Source: Pristiophorus japonicus
Lineage: Eukaryota
Assembly: GCF_044704955.1 (NCBI RefSeq)
Contig: NC_091988.1
Span: 194,742,001-194,806,000, forward strand
Reading direction: 5' to 3'
DNA length: 64,000 nt
Part shown: positions 51,821 through 64,000 of the stretch, one piece after another
How positions within the stretch are numbered: the stretch's first letter is position 1
Layout of the letters: every line of letters begins with the position of its first letter
Translations under genes and position numbers: made by a program
Notes under the pieces: generated by a model
Database searches by the model: none
What the model was told of the DNA's origin: nothing
Seen by the model: only the letters and a program-made list of their open reading frames with translations

Positions 51821-52281
51821 AGAAAGACTTACACTTATATAGCGCCTTTCACGACCACTGGACATCTCAAATGCTTTACAGCCAATGAAGTACTTTTGAA
51901 GTGTAGTCACTATTGTAATGTTGGAAATACGGCAGATAATTTGAGCACAGCAAGCTCCCACAAACAGTAATGTAATAATGACCAGATAATCTGTTTTTGT
52001 TAGATTGATTGAGGGATAAATATTGACCTGGACATCGGGGATAACTTCCCTGCTCTTTTTCAAAATAATCCAATGGGATCTTTTACGTCCGCCTGAGAGT
52101 AGATGGGGCCTTGGTTTAACATCTCATCCAAAAGACGACACCTCTGACAGTGCAGCACTCCCTCAGCACTGCACTGGAGTGTCAGCCTAGATTTCTGTGC
52201 TCATGTCCCTGGGGTGGAACTTGAACCCACAACCTTCTGACCCAGAGGTGAGTGTGTTGCCCACTGAGCCACAGCTGACAC
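51821..52281 (-). mobile_element. full-length tRNA-derived Deu-domain SINE (SacSINE1-like) with L2-type tail
   Basis: A box TGGCTCAGTGG, B box GGTTCAAG, core ttttggatgagatgttaaacc...aaagatccca, tail aaaggcgctatataa; partial copies near 1040, 6140, 7330, 8790, 22840, 52700, 59860, 63160. Confidence 0.8.
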
Positions 52282-53180
52282 CATCGGGAATAAAATGAAT
52301 TATAATTTGGAAGGGCATGAAATGGAAGAAACTCACATTCGGAAATATTAGAGATTTGGTATACGTCAAAGTTCGATGAAGGTGTGAATCCATAGATTTG
52401 ATATGGTTGATTCTTAAAATTATTTTGTAATTTTAAAACCTCAGACCATTTGAAAGGAAGTTTTATAGCTAGCCTCTGTAGAAGTGAAAAGGGAGACTGG
52501 GGTGAACCAGAGAATGTTATCTATCTGGACTTCAGGAAGGCATTTGACACTGACCCACATAATAGGCACAGTCAATCTTCAGTTACCCCACCAGAAGATC
52601 AGCCAGGATTTCAGGGCATTTCAGTTGAATTAAATGAGGGCTATGTTGAAAATGTGGACCAGTCCTATTTCAAGTGATAACATTTCTGCTAATTGTAGTG
52701 TCGGTTTGGTTTCCTTGTTAGCACTCTGAGTCAGAAAGCTGTGGGTTCAAGCCCCGCTTCAGGTCCTGAACACATAATCTTGGCTGACACTTTAGCACTG
52801 AGGGAATGCTGCATGGAAGTGCCATTTTTGGATTTGTTGTTAAACCAAGGCCTGTCTACCTGTTCAAATGGATGTAAAAGATCCCATTGCACTTTTCAAA
52901 AAAGTAGAGCATTCACCTGGTGTCTTGGTCAATATTTATCCAGCAACTTATACCACCAAAGCAGATTAAATCATTATTCATTTTATTTGCTGTTTATGGG
53001 ATATTGCTGTTGTGAAAATTAGCTCCAATAACTACAGTGACTACACTTCGAAATAATTAATTTGGCTATGAAGTGCATTGGGATGTTCTGACATGAGAGG
53101 CGCTATATCACAAGATCACAACATAATTTGTGATGAGGAACACCATCCATCCACTTTACACAAGCAAATTCTGAATCTGA

Positions 53181-55299
53181 AATAAAAACAGAAAATGCTG
53201 GAAATCTCAGCAGGTCAGGCAGTATCTGTGGAGATAAAAACAGAGTTACCCTTCATCAGATCTGGCGAATGTTCGAAAAGAACAGATCTTAAAGAGCACT
53301 GAAAGGGGGAGAGAAAGAACAAAAGGGAAGGACAGTGATACTTGACCACCTCTGTGCCCACTTCTTCGACCAGGAGTCTTCCCCCTGCACAGCTGACCCT
53401 TTCTCCCATTTTCAGAATTTACACTCTACCTGGAAAAAATAAAAGCCCCGGTAGACCTATCATTTCAGCCTGTTCTTGCCCCACAGAAATTATTTCTTCC
53501 TATCTCAACTCTATTTTGTCTCCCCTTGTCCACGCCCTTCCCACCTACATCTGCGACTCCTCCGACACCATCTGTCACTTTAACAGTTTCCATTTTCCTG
53601 GCCCCAAATGTCTCCTTTTCACCATGGACATCCAATCCTTCTACAATTCCATCCTCCACCAGGATGGTCTTCCTCGAGCAGAGGCCCAGTCCCCATCCAC
53701 CACCACCCTCCTCTGCCTGGCTGAACTTGTTCTCACATTGAACAACTTCTTCTTTAACTCCACTCACTTTCTCCAAATTAAAAATGTTGCTATGGGAACC
53801 CGCATGGGTCCTAGCTATGCCTGCCTTTCATGGGATATGTGGAACATTCTTTGTTCCAGTCCTGGTTGGGTCCCCCTCCCTCACCTCTTTTTCCAGTACA
53901 TTGATGATTCTATCGGTGCCGTTTCCTGCTCTCATCCTGAACTAGAAAATTTCATTCACTTTGCATCCAATTTCCATTCTTCCTTTCACATGGTCCATCT
54001 CTGAGTCTTCCCTTTCCTTCCTCGACTTCTCTGTCTCTATTTCTGGGGAGAGGCTATCGACCAGTATCCACTATAAGCCCACTGACTCCCACAGCTACCT
54101 GGACTACACTTCCTCCCACTCCGCATCCTGTAAGGACTCCATTCCATTCTCACAGTTTCTCCGTCTCCGTCGCATCTGCTCTGACAACGCCACCTTTCAC
54201 ACTATCGCCTCTGTCATGTCTTCCTTTTTCCTCAACCAAGGATTCCACTCCGCCGTGGTTAACATAGCCCTTTACCGTGTCTGTTCTATTTCCTGCACCT
54301 CTACTCTCACCTCTTCCCCTCCCTCTCAGAACCATGACAGGGTTCCCCTTATCCTCCCTCATCTTTCACCCCACCAGTCTCCGCATTCAACGGATCATCC
54401 TCCGCCATTTCCGCCACCTCCAGCGTGATCTCACCACATCTTCCCTGCCCCTCCCCTCTCAGCATTCTGAAGGGACTGCTCCCTCCACGACACCCTAGTC
54501 CATTCCGCAGTCACTCCCAGCAACCTCTCCCCTTCCCACGGCACCTTCCCGTGCAAGTGCAGGAGATGCAACACCTGCCTTTTTACCTCCTCCCTTCCCA
54601 CTATCCAGGGCCCCAAATACTCCTTCCAGGTGAAACAGTGATTTACTTGTACTTCTTTCAATTTAGTATACTGTAGTCGCTGCTCATGATGTGGTCTCCT
54701 CTACATTGGGGCGACCAAACGCAGATTGAGTGACTGCTTTGCAGAGCACCTCCGTACAATCCGTAAGCGTGACCCTGAGTTTCCGGTCACCTGTCACTTT
54801 AATTCCCCGTTCCACTCCGACATCTCTGCCCTCAGCCTCCTACACTGTTCCAATGAAGCTCAACCAAGCTCGCGGAACAGCACCTCATCTTTCTTTTAGG
54901 CACTTTACAGCCTTCTGGATTCAACAATTTCAGAACATAACCTCTGCCCATTTTTGGCTCCCTTCTCCCTGATCTTATGTTTTTTTTTCTCTTTGTCTCC
55001 AAAGGCAGCTGGTCATTATTCTGCCATTCACACCCTATCTAGACTAACCTTTTTTTCTAACTTCTGTCATTACCATTTCAATTTGGCCCATCATCTCTTT
55101 TGTCTCTTTAATCTCTCTTGCCTTCCACCCTATCACAGACCTTCCCTTTTGTTCTTTCTTCCCCTCCCCCTTTCAATGCTTCTTAAGAATGTGTTCTTTT
55201 CGAACATTTGCCAGTCTGACAAAGTGTTATGTTAACTCGGTTTCCTCTCCACAGATGCTGCTTGACCCGCTGAGATTTCCAGCATTTTCTGTTTTTTAT
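53181..55299 (+). mobile_element. Penelope-like element, decayed RT plus GIY-YIG endonuclease, inverted termini
   Basis: GRPIISACSCPT, FTMDIQS, MGTRMGPSYA, YIDD, YKPTDSHSYL, YIGxTKR..L...EH; 53181-53340 is an inverted copy of 55131-55299. Confidence 0.9.
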
Positions 55300-55479
55300 A
55301 TCCACTTTAGTTCATCCAAAGAGACTCTTTTTTATCCACTGTGGCATCTAATTGTTTCTTTAATAATTCCAGGGTTCTCACCTCTACCATTTTATCTGGA
55401 AGCTCAGTCCATGTATTTATTAATCATTGTATGTGAAGAAGATCTTCTTCATCTCGGTCTTAAATTTGCCTTCTATTAG

Positions 55480-56150
55480 TTTTGAACCTGTAATGCCTGT
55501 CATAATTTAGTTTGGTCATTTTCTGAATATATCCCTCCCATATTGTTGACTATGTTATATATGTCTATTAGGTCACTCGTCAAGACACCTTCTTCAAGGC
55601 TGAAAACCCCAAGTTTCTCCCGTCTTTCCTCATAACTCAACCCTCTAACACTAGGGATCAACTTTTTGGCTCTTCTCTATACTACCTCCAGTGTCGAATG
55701 TCTCCCCTGTGTCACTGACCAGAACCGAACACTGTATGCAAGGTGCAGTCTAATCAGTGTACTATTCAGTTTGAGCATGATTTATTTGACTTGTGCTCTG
55801 CTATTTTAGCGACATAGTTCAACATTCTATTTGCTTTATTGATTGCTGCTCTGCAGCGGTTCGATATGTTTGAGTGTCTTTCAACTTTATCACTAGCTAT
55901 TTCAACATAATTGATGGCCTGTGTTTGTGGACTATTTTTCCTTCCTGTGTGCAGTATTTTACATTTTTCCGCATTCAATTTTATCAACCTATTTTAAATA
56001 TATTTAACTCTTATTGGAATTTCCACTACCCCTAGTTTGGTATCTGCAAATCTGACGAATTTGTATGGAATTTCTGAATCCATGTCATTGATGTAAATTA
56101 GAGACTTAGCAGTCCCAATATCAATCCTAGGGGCAACCCACTAAGTACTT
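55480..56150 (-). mobile_element. old degenerate CR1
   Basis: NAEKCKILHTGRKN, AINKANRML remnants. Confidence 0.65.
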
Positions 56151-56693
56151 GTTCTACCCTCAAAATAGCACCTATGAAATTAGCTTTCTTTTGCCACAAA
56201 AACCTTGAGATAGCTGTTGATCTTAAGTTCACTCAGATCAATGTATTTCCAGGTCATTGTGATGAAACAGAGTGCCAGGGCATGCACTTGCATAAAAAGC
56301 ATCAGTCAAGAATTGCCCATTTAACTTGCTTTGGTGTACAATGCGTTCTCTTAATAAACAATTCTTGCCTAAAATGTCTGTCAGTGTTGTGTTTCTACAC
56401 CTTTTGGAGAAATTGGAAATTTTTCATGGACACCCCATAAATGGGTACATTGTTATCCCCAAGGCATGCTGCAGCCCATTCACTACACACATAAAGTTAA
56501 GTTTCAATTTATAAGAAGCTCAACCATACTGTTATGGATACTGCTTTTTACAATGAGCACATGCATTGGGTAGCAGCCCAAATTGTATCAAGGCCTATAA
56601 TCCAAAAAGCATAATTATCATATCAAGCTTTAGCGTGACGCACGAACAAGTGTTATTGCTTGAATAACTTAACTGTATTTTCTTCTATCACAG

Positions 56694-56783
56694 CTTGATA
56701 TAAAAAAACACATATTCTTTTCATCCATCACCTGGGAGGATCTCTATCACAAGAGAATTACACCACCATACAATCCCAATGTG
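56694..56783 (+). CDS. SGK2: SGK2 exon (LDIKKHIFFSSITWEDLYHKRITPPYNPNV)
   Basis: 90 nt, AG/gtaagt bounded; DLYHKR is SGK2-type. Confidence 0.95.
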
Positions 56784-57901
56784 GTAAGTTTTCTGGTTCT
56801 TGTTAGTTTTTATATTTTTAGAGCTGTACATTTTGTTGTGTGGCATTTTACAGGAGGATACAATGCTGCAGTGAATCTGCTTGTATTGTTGCAAAATCTT
56901 GAGTAATGCTGCACAATAGAGGATCAAGGTATCTTTTAACATTGGCCATGGAGATCGTTGGACAGGTGCAATCAGGGCTGATCTGCACTGCATGAAGTGA
57001 AGTTGGGTTGCTGTTCTGGTGTCTGGGTGTGTTCCATGTCTTTCCTCTCCAGTCAGCTCATCCCTCATAATAGGGTATGTTTTAGTGTTTGTGGTGGGCA
57101 AGATTGTTGCATGGTTCTCCCAGGAACGGGATGAGACTACTTACTACTTTTCAAACTTTTGGTGGAGGTCGAATTAAACTCATTCCAACTGGCATATGTC
57201 CATAGGTACTTTCCAAGTGTTTGTTTATGCTAACAAAGAGTTTTGCAAATGCAATGGGATATACCTTCTCACTTCTAACAGTAAGAATTCCTTAGTGAGA
57301 AGGCTTCTTGCCCAACCATGGGAAATATCTAGTAGGTGGATAAGTAGATCTGATGAGATCAAGAAGTCAGTTAAGGCTTTTGTGACATACCAAACCCCTG
57401 TTCACATTCATTAGATTTGGGAATAGGATCAGATAGTGTGTAGTGAGCCTGTCTGACCAGAATCTGTCCATCATTCTTTGCTAGGAAAATTGGAAATGTA
57501 TGACATTTTGTATAAAGATGTAAATTGCATAGCAAAATTTAAGAGGAGGTAGGAAGAGGAACAAACTGCACTGACTGAGTTTGTAAGCAGAGCTGAGAAA
57601 ATGGGAGGACTATGGAGTGAGAGGGAGAGAAAGTATCATCATGCAAAAGTGCAGTTTTGAGTGTTTTTTTGCAGTCTTAACAGGATAGTGTAGTGAGCTT
57701 TACCCATGCAGAGTCCATACAATACCTGACCTGGCATCATTTATAAAGAGTGCCAAAGTATTGTCTTCCCAAAAACTGTTGTGCCTTACTGAGAATACAA
57801 GGTTAAAAGAAGTAAACTTAACAACTTTTCTGAAATTTAAATTTGGATAAGTGCATTGGGAAAAATTAGCTTCACAATTTTTTTTTTGATTTTTTTTTCA
57901 G

Positions 57902-58063
57902 GCTGGCCCTGGTGACCTAAAGCACTTTGATCCTGAATTCACACAAGAAATTGTCCCTAATTCTGTGGGACGCATTCCTGACTCCACCATTAACAGCCCA
58001 ACGGCAACAAGTGCATTTTTGGGATTTTCCTATGCTACTACAGATGATAATTTTAAAAGTTAA
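57902..58063 (+). CDS. SGK2: SGK2 last coding exon (AGPGDLKHFDPEFTQE...SAFLGFSYATTDDNFKS*)
   Basis: long T-tract acceptor; AGC C-terminal tail with hydrophobic motif FLGFSY; TAA at 58061-58063. Confidence 0.95.
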   Translation, partial: AGPGDLKHFDPEFTQEIVPNSVGRIPDSTINSPTATSAFLGFSYATTDDNFKS

Positions 58064-58784
58064 CTAAGTATTTAGTTGAACGAAGAAATTTAAATGGACT
58101 TTACTACCAGAGGGAAGATAATGTCACTAAAATTAAATGGCATCAGCACAAAAGCTTCTATGGAAACTGATTTTTATTTTGAATTAAAAATAACTTTCTT
58201 ACAGTTCCCTGTGGAATATAATACTTAAGAATTTTTGCGTTTTTGGAGCAGTCCTTGCAGTCAGTCTCCCATTAGTGTACGAACATGCCTTGTCCACTTC
58301 AATTCTAAATGTGTACCCAATTATAGTAAGCCTCATGGAGGCACATATGGGTACAATGTCCCCAACTCTTCTGCACCCGTTCTGCTTTAATGTTGTGCAC
58401 CCCTCTTGCCCTTCTCTCCCTCCTTTTTCTCTTTCTGCCACCCAGCTGTGTAACATATTTTGCTGCTGACCGTGCCTGTTTCTGTAAGTATAAGCATGCA
58501 CATACTTAAATACATGCTTCTACCACTGTCTAAAACAAGCCTGATCTGTGCACAACTTCTACCACTGGAGGTTTCTGCACCTCAGAACTTTGCTTCTCAC
58601 TTTAGATGATCATTTCTTCAATAGTAGTCTCTTACAGTAAAATCTTACCAAGTATATTCCAGGAAATGCCCTAACTTCTCTTTATGTGGCTCAGTGTCAA
58701 TTTTTTTTTGTCTTATAATACTCCTGTGAAGTGCCTTGGGACGTTTTATGTTAAAGGCGCTTTATAAGTACAAGTTGTTTTCAT

Positions 58785-59453
58785 CCCAGGAATCAATTTA
58801 GTGAGCCTTTGTTGCACCGCTTCCATAGGTAAGGAGACCAAAACTGTACACAGAACTCCAGCTGTAGTCTCACCAAAGCCTTGTATAATTGCACCAAGAC
58901 TTCCTTACTCTTATATTCCACTCCCTTGCAATAAAGGCTAACATACTATTGCCTTCTGAATTGCTTGCTTTACTTGCATGTTAATTTTCTGTGATTCGTG
59001 TACAAGGACACTGAAATCCCTCTGAATACCAACATTTATTCGTCTCTCAACTTTTCAAAAATATTCTGCTTTTCTATTTTTCCTACCAAAGTAGACAATT
59101 TCACTTTTCACCACATTACACTCCATCTGCCACCTTTTTGCCCACTCACGTAACCTGTCTATATCCCTTTGCAGCCTCTTTGTGTACTACTCCCAGCTTA
59201 CTTTCCCACCTAGCTTTGTATTGTCAGCAAACTTGGACAGATTGCACTCGGTCGCCTCATCTAAGTCATTGATATAGATTGTATATAGTTGAGGTCCAAG
59301 CACCGACCCTTGCGACACCCCACTAGTTATAACCTGCCAACTCGGAAATGATCCGTTTATTCCTACTCTCTGTTTTCTGTCCGTTAATAAATCCTCAATC
59401 CATGCTAATATATTACCCCAATCCCATGAGCCCTAATCTTGTGTAACAACCTC
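58785..59453 (-). mobile_element. CR1 RT fragment downstream of SGK2 stop
   Basis: [17 protein letters not shown] remnants. Confidence 0.8.
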
Positions 59454-60234
59454 ATCAGCTGCTTGTCAGTTGTTTAATGACCAACTAGTGATTTTCATAC
59501 TTTGGGCAAAGATAGGAAGGTAAGTGAGGTCCTCTTTGGGGTAAAGTTAGCTTCAAGATGACACCTAGATCAATAGAAGATTGGAACCGAGTTGACTATG
59601 GCAGATTCATGGCGAACATTAAATTACTTCAGTTATTGATTATATAGTTGACCAAAAGATGTTCTAGTGCTCTATTTCTGTGGGATCTCATTTACCTGAT
59701 TTTTGTAGAATGGCTGAAAACTTCTAATAAAATTGATCATTTTAATTTATTATTTTATTCCAAATGTATTGACTCTGATGCCAGAAATAGTACTTTCATC
59801 AAAAATTAACAATACTACTGTGTACTCTTAGAATACGATGTACTTTATGACACTTTAGTCCCTCAATCAACATCACTAAAAACAGATTATCTCGTCATTA
59901 TCACATTGCTGTTTATGGGACCTTGATGTGCGCAAATGGGCTGCGTTTCCTAAATTACCACAGTGACTACATTTCAAATAGTAATTAATTGGCTTTAAAG
60001 CTCTATGAGACAGCCGGTGGTCATGAAAAATGTTATATAAATACATCTTTTTGCTTTTGGTCTATGCTAGTATTTATGCTCCACATGAATCACTTCCCAC
60101 CTTAATACATCTCATCCTATCAACATATCCTTCTATTCCTTTCACCCTCATGTACTTATCTACCTTGCCATCTGCATGTTGATTTACAGTGTAGTCTATT
60201 TTGTTGCTTTAAGTTCAGTTTAAGTTCAGTTTGG

Positions 60235-60606
60235 GCTCTACTCGGAACTCCTACATGGCAAGCGAGCCCCCAGGTGGGCAGAGGAAACATTTAAAGGACA
60301 CCCTCAAAGCCTCCTTGATAAAGTGCAACATCCCCACCGACACCTGGGAGTCCCTGGCCAAAGACCGCCCGAAGTGGAGGAAGAGTATCTGGGAGGGCGC
60401 TGAGTACCTCGAGTCCCGTCGCCGAGAGTATGCAGAAAACAAGAGCAGACAGCGAAACGAGCCGTGCGGCAAACCAGACTCCCCACCCACCGTCTGTACC
60501 ACCTGTGACAGAGACTGTAATTCCCGTATTAGACTGTACAGTCACCTGAGAACCGACTTTTAGGTGGAAGCAAGTCTTCGTCGATTTCGAGGGACTGCCT
60601 GATGAT
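60235..60606 (+). mobile_element. RTE-clade LINE 3' fragment
   Basis: GGQRKHLKDTLKASLIKCNIP; GAT tail. Confidence 0.9.
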
Positions 60607-60720
60607 AAATGCAAGTAGATGCTTTTTTTTAAAAAGAGGTGAGCCCATTTCAGATGCGAACAGGCCCGCTAATATGTTTGCAGCATAATCTATTCTGTTG
60701 CATATCTTTGTTATATAACT

Positions 60721-60740
60721 GGGGGGGGGGGGGGGGGGGG
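60721..60740 (+). repeat. poly-G tract (G20)
   Basis: 20 consecutive G. Confidence 0.95.
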
Positions 60741-60759
60741 TAAAAGGATGAATTACACG

Positions 60760-61400
60760 CCGCTTCACTTCGTTTGGATATGTTTGCGATCACTCACTTA
60801 CTTACCCTGGTACATTTGGTCCCCCTGGCGAGGCTGCTGCTTGGCAACCGGAGGCCGCGGCGCCTGGTTACGTTACTGGCCCCAGGGTGCAGCGCGGCGC
60901 CTGGTTACCGGCCCAGCGTGCAGCGCGGCGCCTGGTTACCGGCCCAGGGTGCAGCGCGGCGCCTGGTTACCGGCCCAGGGTGCAGCGCGGCGCCAGCCAA
61001 TGAAAGCGAGGAAGATGGTGGCGAGTGTGCAGGTAAGAGGCTGCAGGCGAGTTTTGTTTTGTGTGATGGCGGTGCACGACGCCCCTTGCCACAAGGAGTG
61101 GGAGTTTATCACCTAACCGGGTGGAGAGAGAACACGAACGTGCGCTTCTGAAGCCTCCTCCACCTACACTGCGCATCTAGTTTCTGTTGCTGCATAGTAA
61201 CCATAGAGATTATTGTAGAACATTTCCAGCATCACTGACTCGCCAGAACTGAGTCACTTTACACGTCGCACTGCGAGGATGCTCCCTAAAATTGACGGTC
61301 GCGGGGGCGGGAATAACGTTTAACTGGCTTGTCGTAAGGTGTCTCGGGGCGTTAAAGGCGCTATGTAAATGCAAGTTGTGTCTAGGAAAAAGAAGGCGCC
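60760..61400 (+). promoter_or_regulatory. CpG-rich promoter and first exon of the next gene (possibly IFT52)
   Basis: CpG dense; X-box-like GCTGCTTGGCAAC 60836-60848, CCAAT 60997-61001, AAGATGGTG, donor CAG|GTAAGA at 61032/61033, further X-box-like motifs 61189-61210; identity only from recalled SGK2-IFT52 synteny. Confidence 0.7.
60856..60994. repeat. 31-bp GC-rich tandem repeat, about 4.3 copies
   Basis: unit cgcggcgcctggttaccggcccagggtgcag; first copy slightly longer. Confidence 0.95.
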
Positions 61401-64000
61401 ACTATCGTTTTGAAAGAGGAGCTTCTGTCCGTGCAGACACAGTTGGTGTTATCACTGTGGGTGTAAAAATGTTAAAACAAAATCTCTCCGATTTGTGATC
61501 TTGATTGCGAGGTTGGCCGTTTCTTTATAAACCGAAGTGTAGATCTATATGTACAGACGATCATCCCTCAGTAACGAAAATTGCCGCAATTAATTGCCTT
61601 CCATTTGTGTTTTGCGGTTTTCAGCAATCGGAGGAAAGAACTCTCTCAGTTGATACTAGTTCTGCTTTTAGATGTATTGGCTACATGTGCAATGTTGTGT
61701 GTCTTTCACTTCTTTATAAAAAGCCAACTATTTCCAATCTATATAAAGAACCCTATTCAACCAGCATAGCCTCCCGGAGCTCGAAGAGCTTGTTGCTCAA
61801 TATTTTCCCCCTAAACCTCCATATGACATGCGCCCCCTTTGACTGGAGTGTTGTGGCCCTGTCTCACTTGTGTTCATGGGATGAACAAGGCAGAACATGT
61901 TCCATTGTGTCCTTATCTTACCCTGCCCCCATTTCCCTTTTCAGAGGGCAATCCCAGCTCTAATTCCATGTTAGTTGCCTGTTTTGACTGCCTATTTATA
62001 TATGAAGCAATGAAATGGGGCTCATGTATATCAGGTAATCAGTTCAAAGGATTTTTGACTTTTTTTAAAAACAGTTTTGTAAGTGAAGTATTGTACTTGT
62101 ATCTGCTGTAAGTCCTGTGTGATTGTTACTCTAAATAAATAAGTCTACTAATTTTAACCTGAATGATACATTCTGACAGTGTGATATTTACCAACTTTTA
62201 AAGTGGGCACAAAAGCATGGTGGGCAACCTCTGGTGCAAAATACCATGGTAAAAGAGTAAACATTAGTCCTGTGGCATGCTTGCCCATTCATGTAATGTA
62301 TAAAGTTGCAAGTTTCAGTTCAGAGCAAACATGAGTTTTGAAGTTTACTTCCCAAAGCAGGAAATTGTGATATGGCCATTTCTAAAATTGGTGTCTCTTC
62401 CCCCTGATTGCATCCCAAATGGAGATTTTTGGAGGTTACTGACCTGTGCAATAATGATGATGACTCAGTTCCAACTTCCAGAGCTTTGTGTATCACTTGC
62501 AGCCAAAGGATTTGTAACCATTGAATAGCTTATAGAAGGGCTTAGTTCTTTTAATCATTTGAGAGCTATGGGGATGGAATTCAGGCCTGCTTCTCAGTGC
62601 TTGGGAATGGAAATACCCAGTACCATGTTTATTGTGCAGGAGAAAAACTGAGCTGAGACTTTTAACACAAAGTCATTTATGCTCACTAACATTTAAAAAG
62701 ATGCATTTCTTCATGGTTTACTATACAACAAAGCCATGCTGAATATCATTGGATGTAGAGATCACCTCTACAGTAAAGGACAAGTTAACATTAACTTCTC
62801 TACAATTTGTGACGGATGATTTTTGTCAAATTGATAGCAAATTATATGCTAGCTCCAAACCCTAGTCTTTCTATTTTTCATTCTCTACTTCATTCTTTGC
62901 TTTGGATTCCTTTTGATTACACATTACAGTATTTACTGCTAGTCATTGTAGTAGTACAGTACTGACTGCATTTTTGTACGGCTCCCCACAGTGGTTGGAA
63001 TCAGACATTAAAAGTATAACATTTCAATATAGTACTACCACCTAATGGCAATAATTGAGTACTACATCACTATTAAGATGCCTATTTTCATGACACATGT
63101 GTAGAATGTTTTTTAAAGAATCTTTTTTATAGGATTAAAATGTTCCAAACAAACAGTTCCTCGGTTTAACGACGACTCTGAAAGCTGGCACCTCCAACAA
63201 TGCTGCAGTCTCGCAATACTCCATTGGAGTGTCAGCCTACATTAAGAGAATTTTCTCTTGGTCCTGATCAACATGGTCTTTTGGCCTTTTAAGATGTTTA
63301 AATTTCAAGTATGTTTATCTGTATCCCTAGGTTTTGTAGAATACTGATTTATATGAGCAAGGACTCTGCCTGTCTCATCTTTATCCCTGCCCTCTGATTT
63401 TTTGACTGTTATTACTTTGATAATTTTTGCGATTACTGAAAATGTTGATTTTTATTAATCATGTGGGTTTCATTTCCAGTATAATGTCAGAACTATTCAA
63501 TCTTGCAATTGTAGCCTGCAAAAGGAAGAATGAAGAAAACACACTTTTTTTTACTTTGTTTGAAAGAAAACTCTACTATCACTTTTCTCCCCCTCCTCTT
63601 AGTCCACCCCTGAAGGATTGATTCCATATGTGATGGTCACCACCACTTTAATCTTTATTCCTGCACCTGCATGTGTTTATTTGGCCACATAGGCATCACA
63701 GTCAAGCCCATTCCACCCCTTCCCAATATCTACATGGAATCATAAAATGATACAGTGCAATGGAAGGCCATTCAGCCCATTGTGCCTGTGCTAGCTCATT
63801 GGTGGAGCTATCCAGTTAGTCCCATTCTTCTGCTTTTTCCCTGTAGCCCTGTAAAAAAATTTCCCCTTCAAGTATTTACCCAATTCCCTTTTGAAAACTA
63901 CTAATGAATCTGCTTCCACCACTCTTTCAAGCAGTGTATTCCAGATCACAGCAACTTGCTGTATAAAGCATGGTTCCCCATGTCGCCTCTGGTTCTTTTG

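Noticed and set aside
52215-52281. tRNA gene (also 11164-11250)
   Set aside because: A/B boxes are SINE heads continuing into SINE bodies; no complete cloverleaf

Overview
Vertebrate genomic DNA, not prokaryotic. The repeat content (Deu-type tRNA SINEs, CR1, L2, RTE, Penelope, Gypsy) suggests a cartilaginous fish (inference). The main gene is a + strand multi-exon serum/glucocorticoid-regulated kinase, most like SGK2. Eleven coding exons were traced by hand from 34293 to the stop at 58063 with a continuous frame, including one GC-AG intron; candidate upstream exons lie at about 12.5, 24.7 and 33.4 kb. A CpG-rich, RFX X-box-rich promoter and first exon at about 60.8-61.2 kb starts the next + strand gene, plausibly IFT52 from recalled synteny. 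Most of the rest is transposon-derived: two decayed Gypsy LTR elements nested in CR1 LINEs, a solo LTR, a Penelope element with inverted termini, a Penelope hammerhead-ribozyme motif, hAT/Harbinger/Tigger-type MITEs and an RTE-derived composite element with a GC-rich VNTR. I found no convincing wholly new biological system. The best leads are the SVA-like composite retroelement, a 36-bp hairpin formed inside a SINE, the hammerhead motif, the X-box tandem array and the unresolved SGK2 N-terminus. Coordinates were counted by hand and boundaries of degenerate repeats are approximate.
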